Assembly: GCA_964372785.1 (NCBI GenBank)
Contig: CAYJSA010000001.1
Location: 2,226-42,608, forward strand
DNA from: an uncultured Candidatus Saccharibacteria bacterium
GTDB lineage: Bacteria > Patescibacteriota > Minisyncoccia > Minisyncoccales > Staskawiczbacteraceae
Direction: 5' to 3'
DNA: 40,383 nucleotides
Shown here piece by piece: positions 14,843 to 22,951 of the stretch. Within the stretch, counting starts at the first letter, position 1; every line of letters begins with the position of its first letter. Made by a program: the position numbers and the translations under genes. The notes under the pieces are model-generated. The model ran no database searches. It was not told where the DNA came from and worked only from the letters and a program-made list of their open reading frames with translations.

Positions 14843-15112
14843 ATGGAAACGAAACCAGGTAAGACTCATGGACATGAGCCCCATGGGCTCGCGAATGGTC
14901 CTCATGCGGTGGAGATCATCAATCTTGATGAACCCGATGACGACGACATTAAGTTTAAAAAAGCCATGGAGCAGTACATGAAAGACAACAAGCGGCCATT
15001 TCCGACCTGGTCGGAAGTGCTGGAGGTGGCTCTCGCCCTAGGATACCGCAAGATCCTTGAGCCAAAAGAGTTGCCAAGTCCCCATCGCAAAAAAGCGAAA
15101 AAGGACCCGTAA
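14843..15112 (+). CDS. 89-aa hypothetical protein (cassette D)
   Basis: ATG after GGAGAGGG. His/Gly-rich N-terminus, an acidic DEPDDDD patch, KRPFPTWSEVLEVALALGYRK, and a basic tail. Confidence 0.55.
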   Translation: METKPGKTHGHEPHGLANGPHAVEIINLDEPDDDDIKFKKAMEQYMKDNKRPFPTWSEVLEVALALGYRKILEPKELPSPHRKKAKKDP

Positions 15113-15195
15113 GTTCAATCTCAAAGATTGGGCTTTTTTTACTAACGGGTCTGATTGATTTTTAACGACTGCAATGATACACTTTTAAATAATAA

Positions 15196-15266
15196 GCCGC
15201 TTTAGTTTAGTGGTAAAACAATGCTTTCGTAAAGCATAAATACAAGTTCGATTCTTGTAAGCGGCT
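15196..15266 (+). tRNA. tRNA-Thr (anticodon CGU)
   Basis: Acceptor GCCGCTT/AAGCGGC, anticodon arm ATGCT-TTCGTAA-AGCAT, T arm ACAAG-TTCGATT-CTTGT. Confidence 0.9.
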
Positions 15267-15275
15267 CATACTAAA

Positions 15276-16391
15276 ATGGGTAATCCAAAAACACAGGCCG
15301 AAAAATTATTACAGAAAGCGGGGCTTACCATAAATGGTAAAAACGATTTTGACCCGCAGATCCACAATGAGGAATTATTCAAGCGCGTCTTCACGGGCGG
15401 TTCTTTGACGTTGGGCGAAGCGTATATGGACGGTTGGTGGGATGTAAAAAGTCTTGACCAGTTTTTTTATAAAGTTCTAGGAGCGCGGTTGCAAAACAAT
15501 TTTAGTTTTTCTTGGCCGATGTTGCTGACGTATGTGAAATTTAAAGTTTTTAACCTTGGCTCGCCTTCAAAGTCATTTGAAGTCGGCCAGAAGCACTATG
15601 ACATTGGTAATGATGTTTATAAGGTAATGCTTGATAAGAGGATAACCTATACCTGCGGGTACTGGAAAGACGCGAAAAATTTAGAAGAAGCCCAAGAAGC
15701 AAAGTTAGATTTGGTTTGTAAAAAAATCGGTTTAAAAAAGGGCGATACTATTTTAGATATTGGATGCGGCTGGGGAAGTTTTCTAAAATTTGCAGCCCAA
15801 AAGTATGGCGCAAGGGGCGTTGGAATTACCGTTTCAAAGGAGCAGGTCAAATTGGGTAATAAACTTTGTGTCGGTTTGCCAATAGAGATTAAATTGCAGG
15901 ATTACAGGGATTTAACAGGTAAGTTTGACCATATTGTTTCTCTGGGAATGTTTGAACATGTGGGGGTGAAAAATTACCGCACCTATTTTAAAAAAGTGCA
16001 CGAATTATTGAAAGACGATGGATTGTTTTTACTGCATACCATCGGAACTAACGTGCCTATGAAATTTGTGGATCCGTGGGTAGAAAAATATATCTTTCCT
16101 AACAGCATACTGCCGGCCCCATCACAAATAGCAACGGCCATTGAGGGGTTGTTTGTCATTGAAGATTGGCATAATTTTGGCGCCGATTATGATAAAACAC
16201 TCATAGCTTGGTTTGAAAACTTTGATCGCGCCTGGACAAAGCTACAAGCAAAATACGGTGAAAACTTTTACCGCATGTGGAAATACTATTTATTGAGCTT
16301 TGCAGGGTCATTTAGGGCGCGCAATCTGCAACTTTGGCAAATAGTCTTGAGTAAAAAGGGAGTGGCGGGAGGGTATCGATCGTTACGATAG
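15276..16391 (+). CDS. cfa: cyclopropane-fatty-acyl-phospholipid synthase family methyltransferase
   Basis: SAM motif ILDIGCGWG and HYDIGNDVY, with full-length CFA-synthase similarity. Confidence 0.85.
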   Translation: MGNPKTQAEKLLQKAGLTINGKNDFDPQIHNEELFKRVFTGGSLTLGEAYMDGWWDVKSLDQFFYKVLGARLQNNFSFSWPMLLTYVKFKVFNLGSPSKSFEVGQKHYDIGNDVYKVMLDKRITYTCGYWKDAKNLEEAQEAKLDLVCKKIGLKKGDTILDIGCGWGSFLKFAAQKYGARGVGITVSKEQVKLGNKLCVGLPIEIKLQDYRDLTGKFDHIVSLGMFEHVGVKNYRTYFKKVHELLKDDGLFLLHTIGTNVPMKFVDPWVEKYIFPNSILPAPSQIATAIEGLFVIEDWHNFGADYDKTLIAWFENFDRAWTKLQAKYGENFYRMWKYYLLSFAGSFRARNLQLWQIVLSKKGVAGGYRSLR

Positions 16392-16396
16392 GGTGG

Positions 16397-16424
16397 TTGT
16401 GAAAATTGCATTTTGTGGTATAGT
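16397..16424 (+). promoter_or_regulatory. promoter of cassette E
   Basis: TTGTGA (16397-16402), 16 nt, TGg-TATAGT extended -10 (16416-16424). Confidence 0.5.
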
Positions 16425-16507
16425 AATCTTAGCACACAACCAGAGGTTCTATTGCTTTTGACGGGTGGCAAATAGCAAGAAAATCTCACATCTTGAGGAC
16501 GGTAGCC

Positions 16508-16792
16508 ATGACTGAATTGCAGGTGCTGGAGATGGTGCAGGAAGTTTTGTTACAATCCCTTGAACCCCCACAGGAGGTTCGCAGCCGCGACGTCTGGACG
16601 ACGTGCCGACTGAAGGAGGATATGGGTGCGACTGAGTGGGCAGACTATTTGGACCTGGCGCTTAGCTTCAACCAGCGCCTGGGTCTCGACCTTGATCTGT
16701 CCGCATTTGCTAGGAAGATCCAGGCTCAAAAAACCGTCGCGGATCTGGTTTCTCTAATCCACAACAAGCCACGGTTTGCGATCCCGGCCTAG
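16508..16792 (+). CDS. 94-aa acyl-carrier-protein-like protein lacking the canonical DSL serine
   Basis: ACP-like helix pattern (...LKEDMGATEWADYLDLALSFNQRLGLDLD...), with GATEW where ACPs have GADSL. GC-rich. GAGGA SD. Confidence 0.45.
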   Translation: MTELQVLEMVQEVLLQSLEPPQEVRSRDVWTTCRLKEDMGATEWADYLDLALSFNQRLGLDLDLSAFARKIQAQKTVADLVSLIHNKPRFAIPA

Positions 16793-16805
16793 GTCAACCA
16801 CTTCG

Positions 16806-16834
16806 GCCCCCTCTTCTATCGCGGGGGCTTTTTT
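16806..16834 (+). terminator. intrinsic terminator of cassette E
   Basis: GCCCCC-11 nt-GGGGGC-TTTTTT. Confidence 0.7.
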
Positions 16835-16884
16835 ATTTGTAAAAAAAATGCTAAAATCACTATATATTATTAAATCCACCAAAT

Positions 16885-17989
16885 ATGGCGGGGCAAGATG
16901 AGAATATAGAAAAACTGGGTGAGCAAATCCAATATTTGGTGGACTGTTTTTGATGTTGATACTAAAGAAAAAGAATTAAAGTCATTAGAATTACAAACAC
17001 AAGTTACGGATTTTTGGAACGACAATAAGCATGCTTCGCAAGTAAGCCAAAAAATATCAGAGTTGAAAGAAGAATTGGAGAAAATGGAATTTTTGAAAAG
17101 AGAACTTACCGATTTGAGGGTAATGGTGGATATGGCTCAAAAAGATGAGACATTGGCCCTTGATGTTCAAAAAAGTTACGCCAAATTACAAAGAGAAGTA
17201 AGCAGGGAAGAATCAAAAGCGTTCTTATCAGGCCAGTACGATAAAAACAACGCTTTGCTGGAAATATTTTCAGGAGCCGGTGGAGTGGATGCGCAGGATT
17301 GGGTTACGATGCTGTTAAGAATGTACTTGAAATATTGTGATGCCAAAGGTTTTAAGGCCAGCATTTTGCATCAGAGTTTCGGCGAAGGTGGAGGGCCGGA
17401 TGGCCGAATAGGCACCAAAAATGTTACACTGGAAATTACGGGGCGCTTCGCTTACGGATTATTAAAAAAAGAAGCAGGGGTGCACCGATTAGTACGCCAG
17501 TCGCCATTTTCAGCCCAGAAGTTGCGACACACTTCATTTGCCCTGGTTGAAGTAATGCCCGAAATTGAAGATATGGCAGAATTTGAAATAAAACCGGAAG
17601 ATTTGCGAGTTGATACATTTAGGGCTTCGGGACCTGGTGGGCAGTATGTTAATAAAACAGAGTCTGCCATACGCATTATCCACATACCGACCGGCATTGC
17701 TGTTGCCAGCCAATCTGAACGGTCGCAAGGTAGAAACCGTGAAAATGCCATGAAAATTTTGTACGCCAAATTGTACCATCTAAAAGAACAACGGCATAAA
17801 AAAGAATTAAAAGAAATAAAAGGAGATTCGGTTAGCGCCAGTTGGGGCAATCAGATCCGTAGCTACGTTTTGCATCCCTATAAAATGGTAAAAGATCTAA
17901 GGACTCAGTTTGGAACATCAGATACAAAAGGGGTTTTAGATGGAGACTTAGAAGATTTTATTCAGGCAGAGTTAAAGTATAAAGAATAA
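16885..17989 (+). CDS. prfB: peptide chain release factor 2, programmed +1 frameshift: join(16885..16950,16952..17989)
   Basis: The frame-0 ORF MAGQDENIEKLGEQIQYLVDCF stops at TGA 16951. The +1 frame continues DVDTKEKELKSLE..., with SPF and GGQ (SGPGGQYVNKTESA) motifs. Confidence 0.85.
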
Positions 17990-17994
17990 AAATT

Positions 17995-18975
17995 ATGGGA
18001 GAAAGAAACCTTGGAGAAGAAAATATAGAGCCACCAAGAGAATCTGGAATTTCCAAGATTGTTGGAGTCAATGAAGGTCAGGAACAAGAAGTAGCTGCCA
18101 AGTTTAAGATTGCTTTCGAAAAGCAATCAGCACTTTCTGAAGAAATGCTTAAGGGATACGAGCGCGAAAAGACTGAAGATGAAATGATTCTCATCGGAGA
18201 AATTTTAGGTAAAATTTCAGAATTTGTGGGAAAGTATAAAGGTACTCCAATTAATATCACGCCAGACCATATCCATATTTTAGATGGAAGAAAATTACAA
18301 GAAGAAGATAAAAGAAAATTAGGAATTTCTGCTAGGGAGGCGGGTGGTTATAATTGGCCTCATCAAACGATTTATATTGTTGATGAAGGTAATATTATCG
18401 AAAATGCCCAGCATATTGTCCATGAAGTATTGCATTTTAATTCCTTTCAATCGATTAATGCCGATCCGCTGGAAAAGCAAATCAGCGAGAGGAGAATAGG
18501 ATTTACCGTAACAAACAAAAAAAAGCATGAAGTTTACTTCCAGGATATTAATGAAGCAATTACGGAAGAATTAGCCAAAAGATTTGATCATAATTATTTT
18601 CAAGATTTTGATGTTATAAAAAAAGAAATTAAGTTACGAGAAAATTTCAAAAAAGATGCAAAAGTTAAACCCGATGATATTTCAAGCGTCGCTGTAAGTG
18701 AGCTAGAACCCTTAGAACCTGGCACAAGAAGGTATAGTTTAGAGAGTCATCTTTATAGTTATCCAAACGAAAGACAAAGATTAAGCGAAATAATAGAAGC
18801 GATATACGAAACTAACAAAGAAGAGGAGGGGTTTCAATCTTCTGAAGATGTTTTTAAAATTTTTGCAGAAGTCGCGATGAATGGTAAATTATTAAAAGTG
18901 GCAGACCTTTACGAGAGAACATACGGTAAAAATTCATTTAGAGCTCTAGGGGAAGAAACCAAGCTAAAACAATGA
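17995..18975 (+). CDS. hypothetical cytoplasmic protein with HExxH motif
   Basis: IVHEVLHFNS. No signal peptide. Its stop overlaps the ftsE start (ATGA). Confidence 0.6.
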   Translation: MGERNLGEENIEPPRESGISKIVGVNEGQEQEVAAKFKIAFEKQSALSEEMLKGYEREKTEDEMILIGEILGKISEFVGKYKGTPINITPDHIHILDGRKLQEEDKRKLGISAREAGGYNWPHQTIYIVDEGNIIENAQHIVHEVLHFNSFQSINADPLEKQISERRIGFTVTNKKKHEVYFQDINEAITEELAKRFDHNYFQDFDVIKKEIKLRENFKKDAKVKPDDISSVAVSELEPLEPGTRRYSLESHLYSYPNERQRLSEIIEAIYETNKEEEGFQSSEDVFKIFAEVAMNGKLLKVADLYERTYGKNSFRALGEETKLKQ

Positions 18976-19652
18976 TTAAATTTCAAAACGTTACAAAAAT
19001 ATATCCCAATGAAACGGTTGTTTTGCAAGATATTTCTTTTGAAATCAAAAAGGGTGAATTTGTTTCCATTGTGGGTAAATCTGGGGCGGGAAAAACTACC
19101 CTAATACGCATGATTTTGGGCTTGGAGGAGCCCACCTACGGAAGTGTGTTTTTTAATGGCCAGAATATCCAGGATATGAAAAAAGATGCCCTTCAGGAAG
19201 TAAGAAGAAAAATTGGAAGCGTGTACCAGGATTACAAGCTTCTTCCAGGTAAAACGGTGTATGAAAATGTTTCTTATATTATGGAAGTAGAAGGAAAATC
19301 AAATGAAGAGATTGAACAGCAAGTTCCAAAAATTTTGGAAATTATCGGTCTTCAGGAAAAAGTAAATAATTTTCCCCATGAGCTCTCCGGTGGCGAGCAG
19401 CAGCGTCTTGCTATTGCTCGTGCGTTAGTGAACCACCCGGACGTTATTATTGCCGATGAGCCGACGGGGAATCTTGACCCGTACAACACTTACGAAGTTA
19501 TGATGCTTTTAGAGAAAATCAACAAATCTGGGAAAACGGTGATTTTATCAACCCATGACAGGGAAATTATTAACAAATTGAGAAAGCGAGTGATTACCAT
19601 AGAAAATGGCATATTAATAAGAGACGAAGAAAACGGCAGATTTATTATTTAA
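18972..19652 (+). CDS. ftsE: cell-division ABC ATPase FtsE
   Basis: Walker [10 protein letters not shown], signature LSGGEQQR, Walker [12 protein letters not shown]. Confidence 0.9.
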   Translation: MIKFQNVTKIYPNETVVLQDISFEIKKGEFVSIVGKSGAGKTTLIRMILGLEEPTYGSVFFNGQNIQDMKKDALQEVRRKIGSVYQDYKLLPGKTVYENVSYIMEVEGKSNEEIEQQVPKILEIIGLQEKVNNFPHELSGGEQQRLAIARALVNHPDVIIADEPTGNLDPYNTYEVMMLLEKINKSGKTVILSTHDREIINKLRKRVITIENGILIRDEENGRFII

Positions 19653-19661
19653 ATGTAAGAT

Positions 19662-20576
19662 ATGGTTAGCTTTAACAGAGTTTTACATTTCGCTTTCACT
19701 GATTTTTACCGTAACAGGGGAGTATCTATTTCGGCAATTTTTGTGTTGACCATCATTACGCTATTAGTTACATGGCTGTATATTTTTCACGGAGCAAGTA
19801 GCTTTTTAATTGAGGCGGTGCAAAACAAAATTGATATCACGGCGTATTTTAAAGAGGATGTTCGTGAGTCGGACATCCTGGATGTGAAAGATGAAATCAT
19901 GAAAATGTCTTCACAGGTGAAAGCGGTTGAATACGTTTCGCGGGAGCAGGCGCTGGCAAGTTTTACCGAAAGGCATAAGGACAACCCCATATTGGCAAAT
20001 GCCTTGCGCCAGGTAGGGGAAAACCCCTTTTTGCCGGCATTAAATATTACGACTGGTCCTGACACCCAATTGTACGGGCAAATCACCGAAATCTTAGAGA
20101 ATGGCCCTTCGAGTGGTCTGATTGAAAGGGTTGATTATTCCGAGAAACGCGATACCATTGAGAAGGTTTTTTCAGTCACTTCCGCCGTTAACAAGTTCGG
20201 GATAGGTGTTGGAGTAGTCCTTGTATTGATTGCCATTTTAATTGTTTTTAACACCATAAAATTGGTGGTTGACAGTTCAAAAGAAGAAATTAACACCATG
20301 AGGATAGTCGGCGCGTCCAGCTGGTTTTTAAAATTACCATTTATTATCCAGGGCGCGATATTCGGGTGCATTGCTTTTGTCGTTTGTTTTTTGGCCACGG
20401 CATTATCGACGTACTTCCTGTCATCCTTTATTGATACATTCCTTTTGCCAGGCTACGGTTTATTCAGGTATTTCATTTCTCATTTGTTTATTGTAATTTT
20501 AATCCAATTCATTTTCACAGTTGGTTTGGGGGTAGTATCCAGCTTGGTGGCGGTAAATAAGTATCTGAAAGTTTAA
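19662..20576 (+). CDS. ftsX: cell-division ABC permease FtsX
   Basis: Four TM segments with a large first periplasmic loop, immediately after ftsE. Confidence 0.85.
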   Translation: MVSFNRVLHFAFTDFYRNRGVSISAIFVLTIITLLVTWLYIFHGASSFLIEAVQNKIDITAYFKEDVRESDILDVKDEIMKMSSQVKAVEYVSREQALASFTERHKDNPILANALRQVGENPFLPALNITTGPDTQLYGQITEILENGPSSGLIERVDYSEKRDTIEKVFSVTSAVNKFGIGVGVVLVLIAILIVFNTIKLVVDSSKEEINTMRIVGASSWFLKLPFIIQGAIFGCIAFVVCFLATALSTYFLSSFIDTFLLPGYGLFRYFISHLFIVILIQFIFTVGLGVVSSLVAVNKYLKV

Positions 20577-20580
20577 TTTT

Positions 20581-20601
20581 TGCGAGGTCGTCTAATGGTA
20601 G
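20581..20601 (+). pseudogene. displaced 5' fragment of a tRNA-Gln gene (acceptor plus D arm)
   Basis: TGCGAGGTCGTCTAATGGTAG is 17/21 identical to positions 1-21 of the intact tRNA-Gln at 20928. Confidence 0.5.
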
Positions 20602-20666
20602 TTGCCTCCCCGGCAACTCGCCGAAGAGGCGAGTCCCTCTATCGGCGACCCGCCGAAGAGGCGGGG
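20601..20666 (+). other. GC-rich triple hairpin block
   Basis: GTTGCC-TCCCC-GGCAAC, then CTCGCC-GAAGA-GGCGAG and CCCGCC-GAAGA-GGCGGG. The 13-mer CGCCGAAGAGGCG occurs twice. Confidence 0.5.
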
Positions 20667-20678
20667 ACAACATATCTT

Positions 20679-20924
20679 ATGTTTTACGCATACGTGTTAA
20701 AAAGTAAAAAGAATGGTAGTTTATATTATGGATCAACCGATGACTTAAAAAGAAGACTTAAGGAGCACAATTCTGGAATAGGTGGAAAATATACCAATGA
20801 CAATAGACCATTCGAACTAGTATACTACGAAGCTTATGAAACGTATGTGTTAGCAAGAAAAGCTGAGAAATTTTTTAAATCTGGCTATGGAAGAGAAGTA
20901 TTAAAAAGTAAATTAGAAATATAA
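20679..20924 (+). CDS. small GIY-YIG nuclease-superfamily protein (81 aa)
   Basis: MFYAYVLKSKKNGSLYYGSTDDLKRRLKEHN. Start moved from the track's 20580, which lies inside the tRNA fragment. Confidence 0.8.
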   Translation: MFYAYVLKSKKNGSLYYGSTDDLKRRLKEHNSGIGGKYTNDNRPFELVYYEAYETYVLARKAEKFFKSGYGREVLKSKLEI

Positions 20925-20927
20925 CCT

Positions 20928-20998
20928 TGCGGGATCGTCTAACGGCAGGACACATCCCTCTGAAGGATGTTATCTTGGTTCGAGTCCAAGTCCCGCAG
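20928..20998 (+). tRNA. tRNA-Gln (anticodon CUG)
   Basis: U1-A72 and discriminator G73 as in bacterial tRNA-Gln. Anticodon arm CATCC-CTCTGAA-GGATG, T arm CTTGG-TTCGAGT-CCAAG. Confidence 0.9.
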
Positions 20999-21065
20999 CT
21001 GAATTTGAACATTTGAAGAAATAGAAAAAGAAAATTCACTCAGCTTCACAAAGCTGAGATACAAT

Positions 21066-21314
21066 ATGTTTTTTACTTACATCTTAGAATGTGCAGATAA
21101 ATCACTATATGTTGGTTGCACTAATAACTTAGAAAGAAGAATTAAGCAACATAACAATTCCAAATGGGGAGCCCATTACACTAAAATTCGCAGACCAGTA
21201 GAATTAAAGTATTCTGAAACATTTAAAACACTTAAAGAAGCTAGAAAAAGGGAATCGGAAGTAAAAGGTTGGCGCAGAAAAAAGAAAATGGGATTAATTC
21301 GAGCGGAGTCCTAG
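21066..21314 (+). CDS. small GIY-YIG nuclease-superfamily protein (82 aa)
   Basis: MFFTYILECADKSLYVGCTNNLERRIKQHN. Its last codons and stop lie in the tRNA 3' fragment. Confidence 0.8.
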   Translation: MFFTYILECADKSLYVGCTNNLERRIKQHNNSKWGAHYTKIRRPVELKYSETFKTLKEARKRESEVKGWRRKKKMGLIRAES

Positions 21315-21323
21315 TCCCGCAGC
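21298..21323 (+). pseudogene. displaced 3' fragment of a tRNA-Gln gene (T loop to acceptor)
   Basis: TTCGAG[CGGAG]TCCTAGTCCCGCAGC versus the intact TTCGAGTCCAAGTCCCGCAGC: 20/21 identical apart from a 5-nt insertion. Confidence 0.55.
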
Positions 21324-21431
21324 ATTCTTATGCTAAGTTAAGTGGCCGATGTGCCTTGGTAAAATGGAAATATGCGAAGCATATTTTCGGCACTCTTTAG
21401 CCAGTAAAAATATAATGCGTTACATTTTCAC

Positions 21432-22337
21432 ATGCTCATTCGTTTTAAAATAAATATATTTTTACTGTTATGTATCGCAGTAGGATTGCTCTTTTTGGAT
21501 ATGTCCCCAATATATGCTGCTGATGATGAGGCTACTTTTAAATTACAACAGCAACTTGACATAAAGAACTCAGAAATCCGTAACTTAAATTCTCTGGTGA
21601 AAAGTATGGAAAGCACGGCCCCCGTTTCTGCAGGTGCGTACGCCCTGATGGATGTAAAAAGTAAGAAACTTATTTTAGAGAAGAATATTAGTCAGCAGTA
21701 TTCTATTGCGTCTATTACCAAGTTAATGAATGCCATCATTGTTTTGGAAAATATAAGTACTAAAACGACCATACGACTTACGAAAGGTATGCTAAAACCC
21801 GAGGGTCAAAGTCCGTCACTATTTCCAAATTTAAAGATTTCGGTAGCAGATCTTTTGAAAGCGAGCCTAACTCAGTCTGTTAACGATGCGGCACAGGCAC
21901 TTTCTCATGCCGTGGGAGTTGGAAGGTTTGTGAAAATGATGAATAAAAAAGCGAAGGAGCTTGGCATGGAAAATACGGTTTATCATGATGCGCATGGATT
22001 GAACCCAAAGAATGTTTCTACTGCAGATGATATTGCAAAATTAGTAACCTATATTTACCAAAACCACCCAGAAATTTTAGATATTACGAAGGATAATAAT
22101 TTTTGGTTACCCAACAATAAGGGTAAATTACTCAAATTCAAGAACTTGAATAACTTTTACACGATGCCTGATTTTATAGGAGGTAAAAAGGGATACTCCA
22201 TAGAAGCCAAAGAAACCATGGCATCGCTTTTCACGGTTAACCAAAAACCAGTCATTATAGTGGTACTGCACTCTGATAATGCTCAAGCGGATACCTTGAA
22301 ACTGTGGGATTCAGCTAAAACGGTTAGTTTTAACTAA
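21432..22337 (+). CDS. D-alanyl-D-alanine carboxypeptidase (S11, PBP5-like)
   Basis: Signal peptide, SITK (SxxK) and SVND (SxN) motifs. Confidence 0.8.
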   Translation: MLIRFKINIFLLLCIAVGLLFLDMSPIYAADDEATFKLQQQLDIKNSEIRNLNSLVKSMESTAPVSAGAYALMDVKSKKLILEKNISQQYSIASITKLMNAIIVLENISTKTTIRLTKGMLKPEGQSPSLFPNLKISVADLLKASLTQSVNDAAQALSHAVGVGRFVKMMNKKAKELGMENTVYHDAHGLNPKNVSTADDIAKLVTYIYQNHPEILDITKDNNFWLPNNKGKLLKFKNLNNFYTMPDFIGGKKGYSIEAKETMASLFTVNQKPVIIVVLHSDNAQADTLKLWDSAKTVSFN

Positions 22338-22474
22338 AAATATACCATATAAAATCTAATGATCAGAGATAAGCACGTAGACGTGATGCTTGCGTGGGGG
22401 ATATTCTTTGTTGTGATGGGCCATTCTTATCAACCCTCATGGTTTTTTTCCCCGTTATTAAGAGTTTAAGATAA

Positions 22475-22951
22475 ATGAAAAAGGAAAGAAACAAATCGGT
22501 TCCAGCAGTTTATTTAATCTTCAAAAAAGAGGATAAAATTTTATTAGGTAGGAGAAAAAATACCGGATATTATGATGGTTGGTACGGAGTACCAGCTGGT
22601 CATGTTGATGCCAAAGAGCTTCCCATTATTGCCGGTATGCGAGAAGCCAAAGAAGAAATCGGTGTGAATATAGATTCTAAAAATCTTGAATTCGTCCATT
22701 CGCTATATCGCACCGCTCGTGACGAAACTGGTGATCGGTCAGATTACTTCTTTCTTGTAAAAAAATGGAGCGGGGAGCCACGAATTATGGAACCACAAAA
22801 GTGTGATGATTTACAATGGTTTAACATTGACGCATTGCCGGAAAAAACCATTCATCATGAAAAGCACGTTATCGAAAATGTTAAACGGGGCGTTACTTAT
22901 TCTGAAATTGACAAAGAGCATACTTTTTTAAATCCAACAAAACAATTATGA
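22475..22951 (+). CDS. NUDIX hydrolase
   Basis: Nudix box GHVDAKELPIIAGMREAKEEIGV. Confidence 0.85.
   Translation: MKKERNKSVPAVYLIFKKEDKILLGRRKNTGYYDGWYGVPAGHVDAKELPIIAGMREAKEEIGVNIDSKNLEFVHSLYRTARDETGDRSDYFFLVKKWSGEPRIMEPQKCDDLQWFNIDALPEKTIHHEKHVIENVKRGVTYSEIDKEHTFLNPTKQL

Noticed and set aside
13419-15195. Integrative-element signature for the ParB island: a direct repeat of the tRNA-Gly 3' end, plus an integrase.
   Set aside because: I found no copy of the tRNA-Gly 3' segment near 15113-15195 and no recombinase ORF, so I do not call it an integrated element, only a compositional island.
20580-20678. N-terminal extension of GIY-YIG gene 1 given by the ORF track (start 20580).
   Set aside because: The extension begins with a non-ATG codon inside the tRNA-Gln 5' fragment and translates GC-rich hairpins (ATRRRGESLYRRPAEEAG). 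The conserved GIY-YIG N-terminus starts at ATG 20679. I also failed to fold 20581-20670 into a complete or intron-containing tRNA.
22359-22469. 36-codon ORF (MIRDKHVDVMLAWGIFFVVMGHSYQPSWFFSPLLRV) between the carboxypeptidase and NUDIX genes.
   Set aside because: It has no SD or promoter and is short. It could be real in an SD-poor genome, but there is nothing to support it from sequence alone.
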